This document shows, piece after piece, positions 46,495 through 58,275 of a stretch of 64,000 bases of DNA. Numbering within the stretch: the stretch's first letter is position 1; every line of letters starts with the position of its first letter. The position numbers and the translations under genes were made by a program. The stretch comes from Macrostomum lignano (lineage: Eukaryota): NCBI GenBank assembly GCA_002269645.1, contig NIVC01001310.1, forward strand, positions 1-64,000, written 5' to 3'. Below the pieces are notes generated by a model, which made no database searches, was not told the origin of the DNA, and was given only the letters and a program-made list of their open reading frames with translations.

Positions 46495-48606
46495 GTGGTC
46501 TGGTATGGTCCAGACTACTCCTACTCTGGAGTCCCACTCGGCGCCAATCTCAAATGGCATCCTCTGGTCGAGGACATGCGAGATTACTTGGAGTTCAACG
46601 CGGATATTAACGCTCCTAAATTAAACAGCTGCCTGATAAATTTCTACGAATCGGCAGAAGACAACATACCCTACCCGACGAACGAACGGGATGACGAACC
46701 CGAACTCGGCCAGGACCCGTACATCGCCACAGTCTCTTTTGGGGCTGTGCGCACAGTCCTGGTAAAGAGTAACGAGGAACAGCAGGTAGTGGCAAGCTTC
46801 GAGACCAAGCCCGGCTCTGTTATCATCATGAAGGGAGCCTGTCAAAGCCGGTGCAAACACAGTGTCCCGGCTGTCGATGTCCAGGAAGGCGTCCGTGTGT
46901 CGCTCACCTTCAGGGTGACCCACCCACCTGGCAACGGCAGTCGGGGGCACGGAGGCACGACCGCGGTAGCTGCACCCAACGAGCAAGGGCCTGGCAGTAG
47001 CGGGGCGGACTCCGGTCCTGCTGCGCTGGGCTCCCGGACGAGCGCGGCGACCGGGCAACCAGGCAGCAGTGGGGCGGCCGGCGCGCCCGGCCCTGCTGTG
47101 CTTGGCAGACCCCGCATCCAAGCAGGAGGTAGCGGCAACGCTGGAACGGGGCGCGGAGGTGGCGCTGCACCACGGCGGGAGTTACTGGGACGCACTTACG
47201 CGCAAGCTGCAAGACAGTATCCTACCAATCGTAACGCTGGCCGCCAGGATGTCGTCCCAGTCGTCTTCACCTTCGATGGTGACACTGGTGACGGCAACTT
47301 TGGCCAAATAAGCTTCTTGAAGTGGCTGGCTACCAATTTCCAGGGCAACGCCAGAGCGACGTTAACCAAACCGCTCCAGACTGGCAAGGGCTTCCTCGTT
47401 TTTCCGGCCACTCCCAGAGACCACCAGGTGTTTCTGCGGGGTGCGTTGCGGGAGCCCAATTTCAATGGCGTGTCCGTTAGTCGTAGGCTACCAAATGCAA
47501 GACCAAGCAATAAACCGGCTAGAAGACCTCCACCCGTCCAGACGGTGCACTCGGTCGTCGTCAGGGGTGTTCCAACGGACATCGAGGTCCCGGACTTCAC
47601 TAGGCACCTAAAAGAGGATGTGGGGCTCAATGTAATCTCGGCGAGTAGAATTACCTCCAGAGCACGTAACGAGCCCACGCACCTAGTCAGACTCTTTCTA
47701 CCCAACAAGGCCACAGCCGATGCGTGCCTGGCAACGGGCATTATCTCCGATTTCACGCACTATGCCTGTGAGCCGAGTAAGACGGCCGCTCCAGCGAGAG
47801 CTCTACAATGCCGCAAATGCCAACGATTTGGGCACACTGCTAATCGATGCCGGTCCGCTCCCCGCTGCAACATATGTGCGGCGGCGCATCGCTGGCAGGA
47901 CTGCCCCAATCCAGAAGTAGCCAAGTGCGCCAACTGCGGTGAGGCTCATCGGGCCAATCATCGCAACTGTCCGGTGGCCAATGAGAAGCACGAAGAAGCA
48001 GCCCGGCGTGCAGCAGCATTCCAAGCTGGCGCCCGGGAAGCAGCAGCAACGGCCCAGGCGACAGTGGCGAATACCAACCAAGCAGCACGAGCAGCAGCGC
48101 CGGCAGCAGCAGCAGCAGCAGCACCGGCAGCAGCAGTAGCAGCAGCAGCGCCACCTGCCCCCGCTCCTCGTCCAGCCCCAGCGACAGCGTCACGGCCAAG
48201 CGAGACCGCTGCACGGGCGTCCACGGCTACGGGGGGTCCTGACGACGACTCGTCCTGGCTCACCGGCCCCGGCCTCCCTACTCGGAAGCGCCCTGTGCGC
48301 GACTCGATGGATTCCGAGACGCAGACGCAGCCGCCAGCAAGAGCTGAAGTGCCAAATAACGTGCCGGACTTTCAAGGACTGGTGAGTGGGCTCCTTCCCC
48401 TGCTGGTTCAAGCACTCGTTGAGGTGCTTACGACCCTCTGGCTGAGACCAGCCGAACGGCCGCCTACTACAGAAGGTACCGGTCAATCCGTGCAAGACGT
48501 AGTAGGTAGGGTTCTGGCCCGGGTACTCGAAGGAGGATCGGAAAGTCACCAAGGCCTCGGTCAGCTGCTTGGTGCCCCTCGGCGTCAGGCGGATGGCCAG
48601 GTCTAG
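46495..48606 (+). CDS. LINE ORF1: AlkB-like 2OG-Fe(II) dioxygenase, Gly-rich linker, RRM-like region, 3 CCHC zinc knuckles
   Basis: WYG.DYSYSG...NSCLINFY...DDEPELG...IATVSFGA.R...GSVIIMKG..Q...KHSVP...RVSLTFR; CRKCQRFGHTANRC, CNICAAAH...C, CANCGEAH.A....C. Confidence 0.9.
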   Translation: MVWYGPDYSYSGVPLGANLKWHPLVEDMRDYLEFNADINAPKLNSCLINFYESAEDNIPYPTNERDDEPELGQDPYIATVSFGAVRTVLVKSNEEQQVVASFETKPGSVIIMKGACQSRCKHSVPAVDVQEGVRVSLTFRVTHPPGNGSRGHGGTTAVAAPNEQGPGSSGADSGPAALGSRTSAATGQPGSSGAAGAPGPAVLGRPRIQAGGSGNAGTGRGGGAAPRRELLGRTYAQAARQYPTNRNAGRQDVVPVVFTFDGDTGDGNFGQISFLKWLATNFQGNARATLTKPLQTGKGFLVFPATPRDHQVFLRGALREPNFNGVSVSRRLPNARPSNKPARRPPPVQTVHSVVVRGVPTDIEVPDFTRHLKEDVGLNVISASRITSRARNEPTHLVRLFLPNKATADACLATGIISDFTHYACEPSKTAAPARALQCRKCQRFGHTANRCRSAPRCNICAAAHRWQDCPNPEVAKCANCGEAHRANHRNCPVANEKHEEAARRAAAFQAGAREAAATAQATVANTNQAARAAAPAAAAAAAPAAAVAAAAPPAPAPRPAPATASRPSETAARASTATGGPDDDSSWLTGPGLPTRKRPVRDSMDSETQTQPPARAEVPNNVPDFQGLVSGLLPLLVQALVEVLTTLWLRPAERPPTTEGTGQSVQDVVGRVLARVLEGGSESHQGLGQLLGAPRRQADGQV

Positions 48607-51434
48607 ACTAATACCAAGATGACACCTTCGGTGATAGTGAGCAAGACAGCTCCAACCCCGCTGCCATAGGGCTTAGGATCGCCCATCTAAATTGCAGGGG
48701 GATTATACCGAAACTAAAAGAACTCAGGCTCTGGGTCTCAGACCAAAAACTGGACATTGCGCTGTTCTCTGAGACCATCCTGAAAAATACTCAAGTATGT
48801 ACATTTCCGGGCTATGCTGCAGTGCGGTTTGACCTTCGAACACGAAGCGCGGACTCCTCCTTGTTCACTCCCACGGGTAAAGGTAGCTGACGTCCAGCTC
48901 TCGTACGACAACATCAACCATGAGGTTCTCACCTGCACGGTCACACCTGTTGACGGAGCATGCCCCCGTTCCAACTATCCCTGGTTTATCGGTCTCCATC
49001 GCCGGACAACCTCGATGTCGGCTTGATGACTCGGCTGTCCTCGGCAAAACACTCTCTAGTGATGGGGGACCTGAACGCCAGGCACAGTTTCTTAGGGGGC
49101 GAGAGTCGCAACAACAGGGCTGGTCAGCAGCTTCACGACTGGCTCTGCGGCGACCCCATGAACCGCCCTACTGTCCTGAACCAACCGGGTCAATTTACTA
49201 GGATAGCCCACCGGCAAGGTACAGTCTCCAGGAACGTGCTGGACTTAGGTCTGGCCTCCAGTGACCTTGTCCCTTTCATCCAAGATTTCAAAGTGGGCTA
49301 TGACCTCAACAGTGACCACCTTCCAATTATTCTTACCCTGGCGAGCAACACCCCAGACTGGCAGGGGCCAGAGAAAGCCCGCAACTTTGCAAAGGCCAAC
49401 TGGGAGGAGTTTCAGAACTCGCTGATGGAAAAGCTGGTAGACGAATGGCCTCCAGACCTTAGTACAAGGCAGCAAATTGATGCGGAGGTTGACACCATCA
49501 CCAGTGCTATCCAGCAAACCATCGAACAAAATGTCCCGGTTAAGAAAGGCCGTAGAGCCCTCCCTCAAAGGATCATAGCTATGATCAAGGAGAGGAGGAA
49601 GCTCCGGCGATTGTATCATAGTTCCAGGAACGACAACTTCAGGCTCCTTGCGAATCGGAAGGCAAAAGAGATCAAAAGTGCCATCCACGCATTCGAGCAA
49701 GGCCAATTTACAGAGTTGTGCGAAAAGATTGTTGAAAAAAGTCGATGCCGGAACGTGAAATATTTCTGGCAAGACACGAAAAAATTAATGGGGCGCAACA
49801 AGGGCACCACGATCCCGTCCCTGAACGATGGCGCTACCCACGCACACACAGACTCTGACAAAGCCGATATGCTCGCGAGAGCATTAGACGCCAAAATGCG
49901 CCCGATTCCATCTACGGACGATGGTCTGAAGAAGAAGGTTGAGCGGACTATGAAGCTCCCGCTATTCAGGCCTGTCCCACCGGGCGAAGAACAACACATG
50001 GGCCACCCTTTAGAGGCTCCATTTTCCGTAACCGACACCCTTTGGGAGCTTGACCACCTCAAAACTGACAGCGCTCCGGGCCTGGACAAAGTTCCCAACT
50101 GCGTCCTGAAATATGGCCTAGAGCCCATCGCGGTTACGCGCATCACCAAGTTGTTCAACGACTGTTACCGGACAGGAATCTTCCCATCGCAGTGGAAAAA
50201 AGCGGTGGTGACCATGATTCCAAAACCGGACAAACCGCCTGAATCCCCGGGTTCCTATCGGCCCATTAGCCTGACCTCCTGCCTTGGAAAGGTGTTTGAG
50301 AAGCTGCTAGTGAGGAGGCTAATGAAACATCTCGAGGGCCAAGGTATCCTCGGTGCGGATCAGTGCGCCTACAGGAAGGTTCACTCGACGTACGACAATC
50401 TTGTCCGACTCGTCCAGGACGTCCAAGTGGGCAAAGCCAAACTCAAAAGACTACTGGCCATCCTTCTTGACGTACAAGCGGCCTTTGATTCCGTGTGGTA
50501 CGACTACCTGAGGTTCAGGATGCACGAAGTCGAAACGCCGGACGCCCTTGTCAGGATCTGCTCAGACTACCTAGCAGAGAGGCTAATGCAGGTCAGGGTG
50601 AACGGAGCGCTCAGTCAACCGTACGAGCTACAGGCTGGCGTTCCACAAGGCGGTATACTAAGCCCGTTCCTGTATCTGCTTTTCATCAGCACCATGCCTC
50701 GGCCGCAACATCCAAACCTCAAGCGTAGCCAGTTCGCCGATGACATGGCCATCTGGGCCTCGGCGGACTCCTTTGCCAGCCTCAAGACTCTCCTGCAGCC
50801 CTACCTTGACCAGGTTTGGAACTGGTGTGGGGGGCAGGGGATTAAGATCAACGCTGGCAAAAGCCAGGCAATCGCCTTCAACTACAAACCTACTCGCCGG
50901 CTCGATCTGCGCCCCAAGCTTAATCTGGGCGGAACGAGCCTGGAATACCAAGAAGAAGTCCGGTTCCTCGGCATGAACCTGGACTACCGGCTGACCCTGA
51001 ACTCTCACGTTGAGAGAGTAGTCAGCCATGGTCGGGCGCTTGCCCTATCGATTAACCGCATTGCAAAGCTCACCCGACTAAGCAGCAATACCCTAAAGAT
51101 GCTATACAGGGCCTACGTGGAGAGCGTGCTGACTTATGGCGCCCCCGTGCTCAATATTATAGCGCCCAGCAACCTCAACAAGTTGCAAAAAATCCAAAAC
51201 CTAGCCCTCAGGATTTGCTACGGTGCCCCAAGTTATACGCAGGTGGCCTACCTTCACGAGATCGCAGCGATCCCCATGCTGGCCGATAGGATCCGTGCCC
51301 TTGGTGTTGGCTGGCTGACGAAGGTGAAGGCCGCTGGGTACCATGACTTTCATGTCGAACCTGAGCTTCCTAGAGCGGCTAGAAATCGTCCTCCAGTGCT
51401 GAACCTTCTGTGGGACAGCCTAAAAGGAGGCTAG
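48593..51434 (+). CDS. LINE ORF2: APE endonuclease (frameshifted N-terminus) and reverse transcriptase
   Basis: LRIAHLNCRG...DIALFSET; MGDLNA; SDHLPI; APGLD; YRPISLTS; LLDVQAAFD; GVPQGGILSP; FADD. Confidence 0.93.
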
Positions 51435-52254
51435 CAAACAGGTTAGCTGCGGCAAGTGCGGCAGCCTGGGTGGCTAGAAATCCGCCCTGAGCTAACAAAG
51501 GCCCCCCTCCGCTGTGTGTTGGTGCAGTGTAGAGGGTTGCAGAGAAAGGGCTTATATGCTGCCAATTAGAAATATAGGAAAGGGAAGAGAGTGCTTGACT
51601 GGTTGGGGTGGGTCCCGTGATCCAGTCTGAAATTGGGTAGTCAATTAACATTATCATTACTCACCTGTGATTGCCTGAATTGCACCGCCGCTTTCTTCTT
51701 TTTATTGCCTCCTATATTTTTATTCATTGTACATACTTTTTACAATACAAATATTTACACGCCTGCCTTTTTTGCATCCAGGCATAAATGCGTTTTTACT
51801 CGGCTTTTGCCACTTTTTTATTCTAAAAAATAGCTTTTATTTCACACCCCAAATGCTTTTATTTATGGACCTACCAGTGTACATACAACAAATAACCAAC
51901 TAAATTATTTTATTGCCTGGCTACTACTTAAAGTAGTCATAATTAACTATTGCCAATATTTTTTTTAGAACTTTACATTTTCATCCAATAATGCGTGCAC
52001 TACCCCTACAGTATGGTCCAGATCTTTGTGAGGACCCCCTCTATTCAGAATTCCCCCCACTTTAGTGCAAAATATTCTTAATGTAACAAAATGTAAATAT
52101 TTTATTTTATATACCAAATAGTAAACATTAACTCGTTTTTAACACTTCGCAAACTAAATTCGACTCTATATTTTTAAATAAATCGGCAGAGCCCATCTCG
52201 GGCTGATCCGAGGGTGCCCCAATTTTCACCCACTCGTTTAATAATAATAATAAA

Positions 52255-53871
52255 CTTTGTGCCTTTGTGGCTTTTATTATTTTATTCTTTTATCTGGCCA
52301 CTAGAAGCCTTCCAATTCTTCGGAGTTATGAGCTCTGCCCTTGCCCGGTCCATCTTGCCCTGTCCTCGGGTCCATCTCCTGGCTCCTGCTGCAAGGTCCC
52401 TGCTTGCGTGTCTCTGGCAGTGGATTGGTGTCCTGGGAAGGATGTTCGTCCCGAACCGGGGACAACCGGCTGAGTCCGGAGTCCTCTTGCCCTGGGTGCC
52501 TCTTCTCCCGCCCCCTTGGCCTGGCCCCCAATAATGAGCTGGATAGGCGATGCCCTTGGGTTGGTAGCAATAGAGGTGTTGCCATGTCCGCCTAGAGTCT
52601 CCCCCTCGGATTCAAGCCTTCCAGACTCACTCCAATATAGAGCTGGGTAGTGAAAAGCCTTGAGGCTCGAGCCCTACAGTTGTCCAGTGCTGTTTAGGAT
52701 CGCTCTTGGTAATAAGCTGCCCAGACTCGCTCCAATAGTTTAAGCCATTTCCGTAGGTTTAGGAGTAACTCATCACTCGGACCGCTTTTTTCAGTAGTAT
52801 TTCAAGAATTTCGCTTTCCAATTTTCTGCGCACTCCCAAAGACTCGCTAGCTGGGGGGTGGCCTGGGTGGACTCAGTCCTAGCACCGTCCCTGATTCCAC
52901 TGTTTGGGTTGGCGGTGTCTTGTACCGTAGGTTTGGGTCCAATTCGCCCCCCCGCGCTTTGAGCCGGGTCCAATCCATGGGGTATCTCGGGCCCTGGACA
53001 GATACTGCCTTGGCCCCTGGAAGTGCCCCTCGCGGCAGAGTCCACCCCAGGGCTGATCCGCGGGTCCCCTAGGACCCTTTCGTTTAACAACAACGAACGA
53101 GTAACCCTAGCGTGTTATGTCATGGTTTGTTGTTGTTAAACGGGGGTGGGAAGCTTAGCTACCCGCGGATCAGCCCGGGGTGGGCTCTGCCGCGAGGGGC
53201 AGCGGCACTACCAGGGGCCAAGGCATTAACTGTCCAGGGCCCGAGATACCCCATGGATGCATTGGGATTGGACCCGGCTCAAAGCGCGGGTGGGCGAGTT
53301 GACCCAAACCTACGGTACAAGACACCGCCAAACCAACAGTGGAATCAGGGACGGTGCTAGGACCGAGTCCACACAGGCTACCCCCCAGCAGACAGGTCCT
53401 CGGGAGTGCGCGAAAAACAGAATTGGATTATTACTGAAAAGCCGTCCAAGAGCGGGAAACCCAGAAGTCTTGGAAAGGGCTAACTATTGGAGTGAGTCAG
53501 GCTTGTTTCCGAGGGGGAGACTCCAGGCGGACAGGAAACACCTCTGTTGCTACCAACCCAAGGGCATCGCCTATCCAGCTCAATTTTGGGGGCCAGGCCA
53601 AGGGGGCGGGAAGAGGCACCAGGGGCAAGAGGACACCGGACTCAGCCGGTTGTCCCCGGATCGGGACGAACATCCTTCCCAGGACACCAATCCACTGTCA
53701 GGATGAGAGCCAGAGACACGCAAGCAGGGACCTTCAGCAGGAGCCAGGAGATGGACCCGAGGACAGGGCAAGATGGACCGGGCGAGGGCAGAGCTCATAA
53801 CTCCGAATATTGGAAGGCTACTAGTGGCCAGATAAAAGGTTAAAAGAATAAAAAGCCACAAAGGCACAAAG
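52255..53871. repeat. Head-to-head inverted pair of an unclassified GC-rich ~750-840-bp repeat (52255-53094 minus, 53129-53871 plus)
   Basis: Arms are diverged reverse complements around a 34-bp spacer; partial extra copies at 52186-52215 and 54310-54556. Confidence 0.85.
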
Positions 53872-54599
53872 CAAAGGGATAAAACCGCACTGGGATGCCA
53901 GCCCAGAAAAAAAGAATGGCAGAAAGGAGGAGCACCATAGCCCTAAAGCAGGCAGCTTGCCGACCTGCAGCCCGGGTGCTCAGCCTCAGGGCTGGCAGTC
54001 TACTGGGTCTACCATACACCTTTGTGAATTGGTCATTTTCTTTCCTGCAGGGCGGGTACGACCGGGGGGCTCAGTCCCGTCATAGCCACACTGCAGTCCA
54101 GATATCCAACTCACTCCGGGCACCCCCCCCCCTAACCCAGGGCCGATGGCCAAAATTATTGGAGTACGAAAAAGAATAGGGTTTAGTATTTGTAATGGGC
54201 ACAGCCCCTCCGGGGCGGACCCTTAGAAATTGGCATAGCCAATCGGATTGCGCACAACCCTTAGACAAGCTGCCAGAGAGGCAACCAGGGTAGAAACAGT
54301 CAGAGACCGCTACACCTCTATTGCTGCCAACCCAAGGGCATCGCCTATCCAGCTCAATTTTTGGGGGCCAGGCCAAGGGGTCGGGAGAAGAGGCACCCAG
54401 GGCAAGAGGACTCCGGACTCAGCCGGTTGTCCCCGGTTCGGGACGAACATCCTTCCCAGGACACCAATCCACTGTCAGGATGAGAGCCAGAGACACGCAA
54501 GCAGGGACCTTCAGCAGGAGCCAGGAGATGGACCCGAGGACAGGGCAAGATGGACCTCGTTTGGTGAACCTCGAAAATGTACTGTATTTGTATTTTTAA

Positions 54600-54790
54600 T
54601 CCTTATAATAATAATCCTTATTACCATAATTTAACGTTTGTTCACTCAAATTCTAATTTCTGCTTTTCTGCATGTTCTGCTTTTTTTGCACGCACAGTAT
54701 TTACATTAAGATAATATTTTGTCTAGCAGGATTCGAACCTCAAACCTTCCAATTTCAAGTCAGGCCCACTGGCCACTCGACCAATTTTTA
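54600..54790 (-). mobile_element. tRNA-derived SINE-like sequence
   Basis: Minus strand has A box TGGTCGAGTGG and B box GGTTCGAATCC (54721-54785); imperfect cloverleaf; AT-rich body and (ATT)n tail. Confidence 0.6.
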
Positions 54791-55506
54791 GCGGTGTCTA
54801 TTTTTAGCACTCAGAGAATTCCCAGACTTCTCATTCCCGTTCGCGGGTGCACTCGACCAGCCCACCCTAGCCCACACGGACCAATAGCAGCGTTCCTTAG
54901 CATATCTAGCGTACTATCACTGTGCGCACTGTGTGGACTCGCAAGGGCTAGCCTGTGTGGGTCCACGGTGGAGCCACCTGGCTAGCCACGTATTTTTTGT
55001 TTAGTGGATTGTCTGGCTAGCCCACGGCCGTTAGGTGGAAAATGCCATAGCGAAAACCAGGGGGGGGAGATGAGCGGGGGGGGGGAGACAACAAATCGGC
55101 GGGCGCGTGGGGGTCTGAGGGTTAGGGTTAGGGCTAGGGTTAGGGTTTGGATGAACTTCTGGCTAGCCGATCTTTCTTAAGTTGTACGATAAGGAGAAAC
55201 TCATATTTGTGGACGCTTGCCGAGGGGCGAGAGATAATCCAGGGCAAACACTCACCCATAGCCCCAAATGCAGCAGAGGCTTGATGTTCAGCAACCAAAC
55301 TATTGACTCCAAAGCCGAAAGCTTGGATGGCTGTTTCATTAGCTCTTCTAGAAGTCGTTACTTTGCTATTTATGCCTGTCACCTGGATACAAGACGACTG
55401 AGTACAGTTTCGGTGACAAACGCGTCGGACACCTGATGATGTCGACTAAGGCCGCGATGGAATCGCTTAGAGGAAAAGCGGTTTCAAGAGAAGAGCTTGC
55501 CGAAGT

Positions 55507-57327
55507 GGGATAGCGACGTTTGCCTGCGGGACATTTGCCAGCCGACGTTTGCCTGCGGGACGTTTGCCAGCCGACATTTGCCAGCCGACGTTTGCCAGCC
55601 GACGTTTGCCAGCGGGACGTTTGCCAGCCGAAGTTTGCCTGCCGGATGTTTGCCTGCCGAGTTTGCCGACGTTTGCCAGCCGACGTTTGCCAGCCGACGT
55701 TTGCCAGCGGGACGTTTGCCAGCCGAAGTTTGCCTGCCGGATGTTTGCCTGCCGAATGTTTGCCAGCCGACGTTTGCCAGCCGACGTTTGCCAGCCGACG
55801 TTTGCCAGCGGGACGTTTGCCAGCCGAAGTTTGCCTGCCGGACGTTTGCCTGCCGAATGTTTGCCAGCCGACGTTTGCCAGCCGACATTTGCCAGCCGAC
55901 GTTTGCCTGCCGGACGTTTGCCTGCCGAATGTTTGCCAGCCGACGTTTGCCAGCCGACGTTTGCCTGCCGGAAGTTTGCCAGCCAAAATTTGCTAGCCAA
56001 TATAAAGCCAGTCAGTGAAAAATTTGATACTGAAATATTCGCAGTTTAGCGGTTTGACAAAAACCGTTTTTACTCCAACTTTTTGACGGTTATTCGCATG
56101 TATACAAGTCTGAAAGCAAAATATATAAATTATGCAGTTCATCAGTCTAACGTCTAATATCCAGTTTAACAACGATTTTGGCACAACATATCAAAAGATG
56201 AACATTGGGTTTGCCTCGTATGAAAGCAATAACAATCGTTGTGCTGAAAAGATGAAAACTTCCTATCTCCCTATGGCCTTCAAAACATTTTTCATAGATT
56301 TCGAGTGCTGCGTACTTCTACTTTAGTAGTCCTTGGCATGACTAAGCTTTGCATACGTAGTGTCTAGCGCTTGCTATTCTACTAGCTTGCTACTGGTGGC
56401 TTGTCTGGCTACTCGTATTCAGCTATATAGCTTACTATAAAAACGTACCGCATTCGACTCGTCTACACATGTACGTTGAGATCGCGGTTTCCTTGCTTAC
56501 TTGAGTAGCATTGGAATCAATTTGCTTACTTTTAGATCTCCCAATGAACTGAGAAATATATGAGCCAGAATTACCGCTCAGCAGCTCTTTTTGTTTGCCT
56601 CATAACTTAATCGCTGGAGATTCCCGTTGTAATCTGCGCGTCTTCTTTCGCACATCAAAAATCAAACATCTCAAACTGGGAAAAACGATACACAATTGTC
56701 AAAAGTAAACAATATTTTCACATTCAAAGAAAATCGTTGTTTAACTGGATATTAGATGTAAGGGTTAGCATAAATTTCATAATTTATAGATTTTGCTTTC
56801 AAACTTGTATACATGCGAATAACCGTCAAAAAGTTGGAGTAAAAACGGTTTTTGTCAAACCGCTAAACTGCGAATGTTTCAGTATCAAATTTTTCACTGA
56901 CTGGCTTTATATTGGCTAGCAAATTTTGGCTGGCAAACTTCCGGCAGGCAAGCGTCGGTCGGCTGGCAAACGTCGGCTGGCAAACATCCGGCAGGCAAAC
57001 GTCGGCTGGCAAACATCCGGCAGGCAAACGTCGGCTGGCAAATGTCGGCTGGCAAACGTCCGACTGGCAAACGTCCCGCTGGCAAACTTCGGCTGGCAAA
57101 TGTCGGCTGGCAAATGTCGGCTGGCAAATGTCGGCTGGCAAACGTCGGCTGGCAAACGTCGGCTGGCAAACGTCCCGCAGGCAAACGTCCGGCAGGCAAA
57201 CTTCGGCTGGCAAACGTCCCGCTGGCAAACGTCGGCTGGCAAACGTCGGCTGGCAAATGTCGGCTGGCAAACGTCCCGCAGGCAAACGTCGGCTGGCAAA
57301 CGTCCCGCAGGCAAACGTCGTAGACCC
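55507..57327. mobile_element. Foldback/Mutator-like non-autonomous element with ~600-bp TIRs made of 14-15-bp tandem repeats
   Basis: 9-bp TSD TGCCGAAGT (55498-55506, 57328-57336); arms of (CGTTTGCCAGCCGA)n plus ~200 bp unique inverted sequence; ~560-bp non-coding core. Confidence 0.9.
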
Positions 57328-58275
57328 TGCCGAAGTTTTTCAGTGCAAACTAGCAAACCATCCGTCTCGTGGTACTAAGCTGGAAGCAATTACTGAGCTG
57401 CAGCTAATTATACAGAAGACTCTCAATGTTTCATCTGAAACTTCAAAAAATGATGATGATCCTATTATTCCCAAATACGAAAGTGAGCAACAAGGTTCGA
57501 CGCCAAATGCTGACGGTGTATCAGGCGCTGTTCAACAGCCTGGTGAAAACTCTCTGTCAGCTGATCCGAAGGATGACCTCCATTCGACTCGTCAGATTAC
57601 ACTAGAGACAAGTATTAAAAGCAACCAACAAAACATAGAAATCGCACCACAGGTTAGCAGTTCATCGGCATGCAATGGCGGGTACAGCACGCCTGTGTAG
57701 CATGAGACAGACTAGGCCTACGGGCTAAGGTCTGCGATCCTACACACCTGCACCCCCTCTATTCTGGTGCAGGAATGGCAGGAGAACTCTCTCCAAGCTG
57801 ACTCGCAAGCCGACCCAGGGGTTCACGCCCCGCATGTGTTCAAGGCAGCTCCAGGGCTGCTGGACTGACTGGGCTCCGGCGGCGGCAACCCATCCGTGGC
57901 CTTTTGGCCAAGTTGGGTACGGGCTCCGCCCGGAAGTGCACCTGTGCGTATCAGGTACCTCTGGCCACGGCTCTGAGGAACAGGTACCACCCTCTGACCT
58001 TAACAGGGTACAGTATGTGGCCAGTCCGCAGGCTCCGGAGGCAGTCCTCCTGCTTCCCTCAAGGGCCCAGTGTAGTACCGTGCTGATGGTCCTTTGGTTC
58101 GGCCTCTGGTTTTTCCAAGCCGGGCTCTTAGCCGGGGAGTTTCTCGGTTGCTAGCGGTCGGGCCGGTACGGGCTTAAGCCACCCCCCGGTCGCTACCTCT
58201 TGGCCTGGTTGTTGGGTTTGGGGTTACGGCCCAGCGGCTTCTCACCTTTAGTCCCCACTCGCCTTTCAGCGACTC

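Larger units (their letters stand above)
46460..51800 (+). mobile_element. Jockey/I-group-like LINE with AlkB-bearing ORF1; ends imprecise, probably 5'-truncated
   Basis: ORF1 with three CCHC knuckles, APE-RT ORF2, no RNase H; no TSD found. Confidence 0.88.

Noticed and set aside
53434-53460. Hammerhead-like CTGAAAA...GAAAC in the inverted repeat
   Set aside because: Core G8 is missing and the motif is not conserved in the other arm
54721-54790. Functional tRNA-Ser(TGA) gene
   Set aside because: T-stem and acceptor pairing are poor and there is no long variable arm; treated as a SINE head
55366-57378. Many overlapping ORFs on both strands
   Set aside because: Arise from the 14-15-bp TIR repeats of the foldback element
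57668-57760. HDV-like ribozyme at the LINE 5' end (GGGCTAA followed by GGTCTG pairing with CAGACT)
   Set aside because: No room for P3/L3/P1' in the required order by manual fitting
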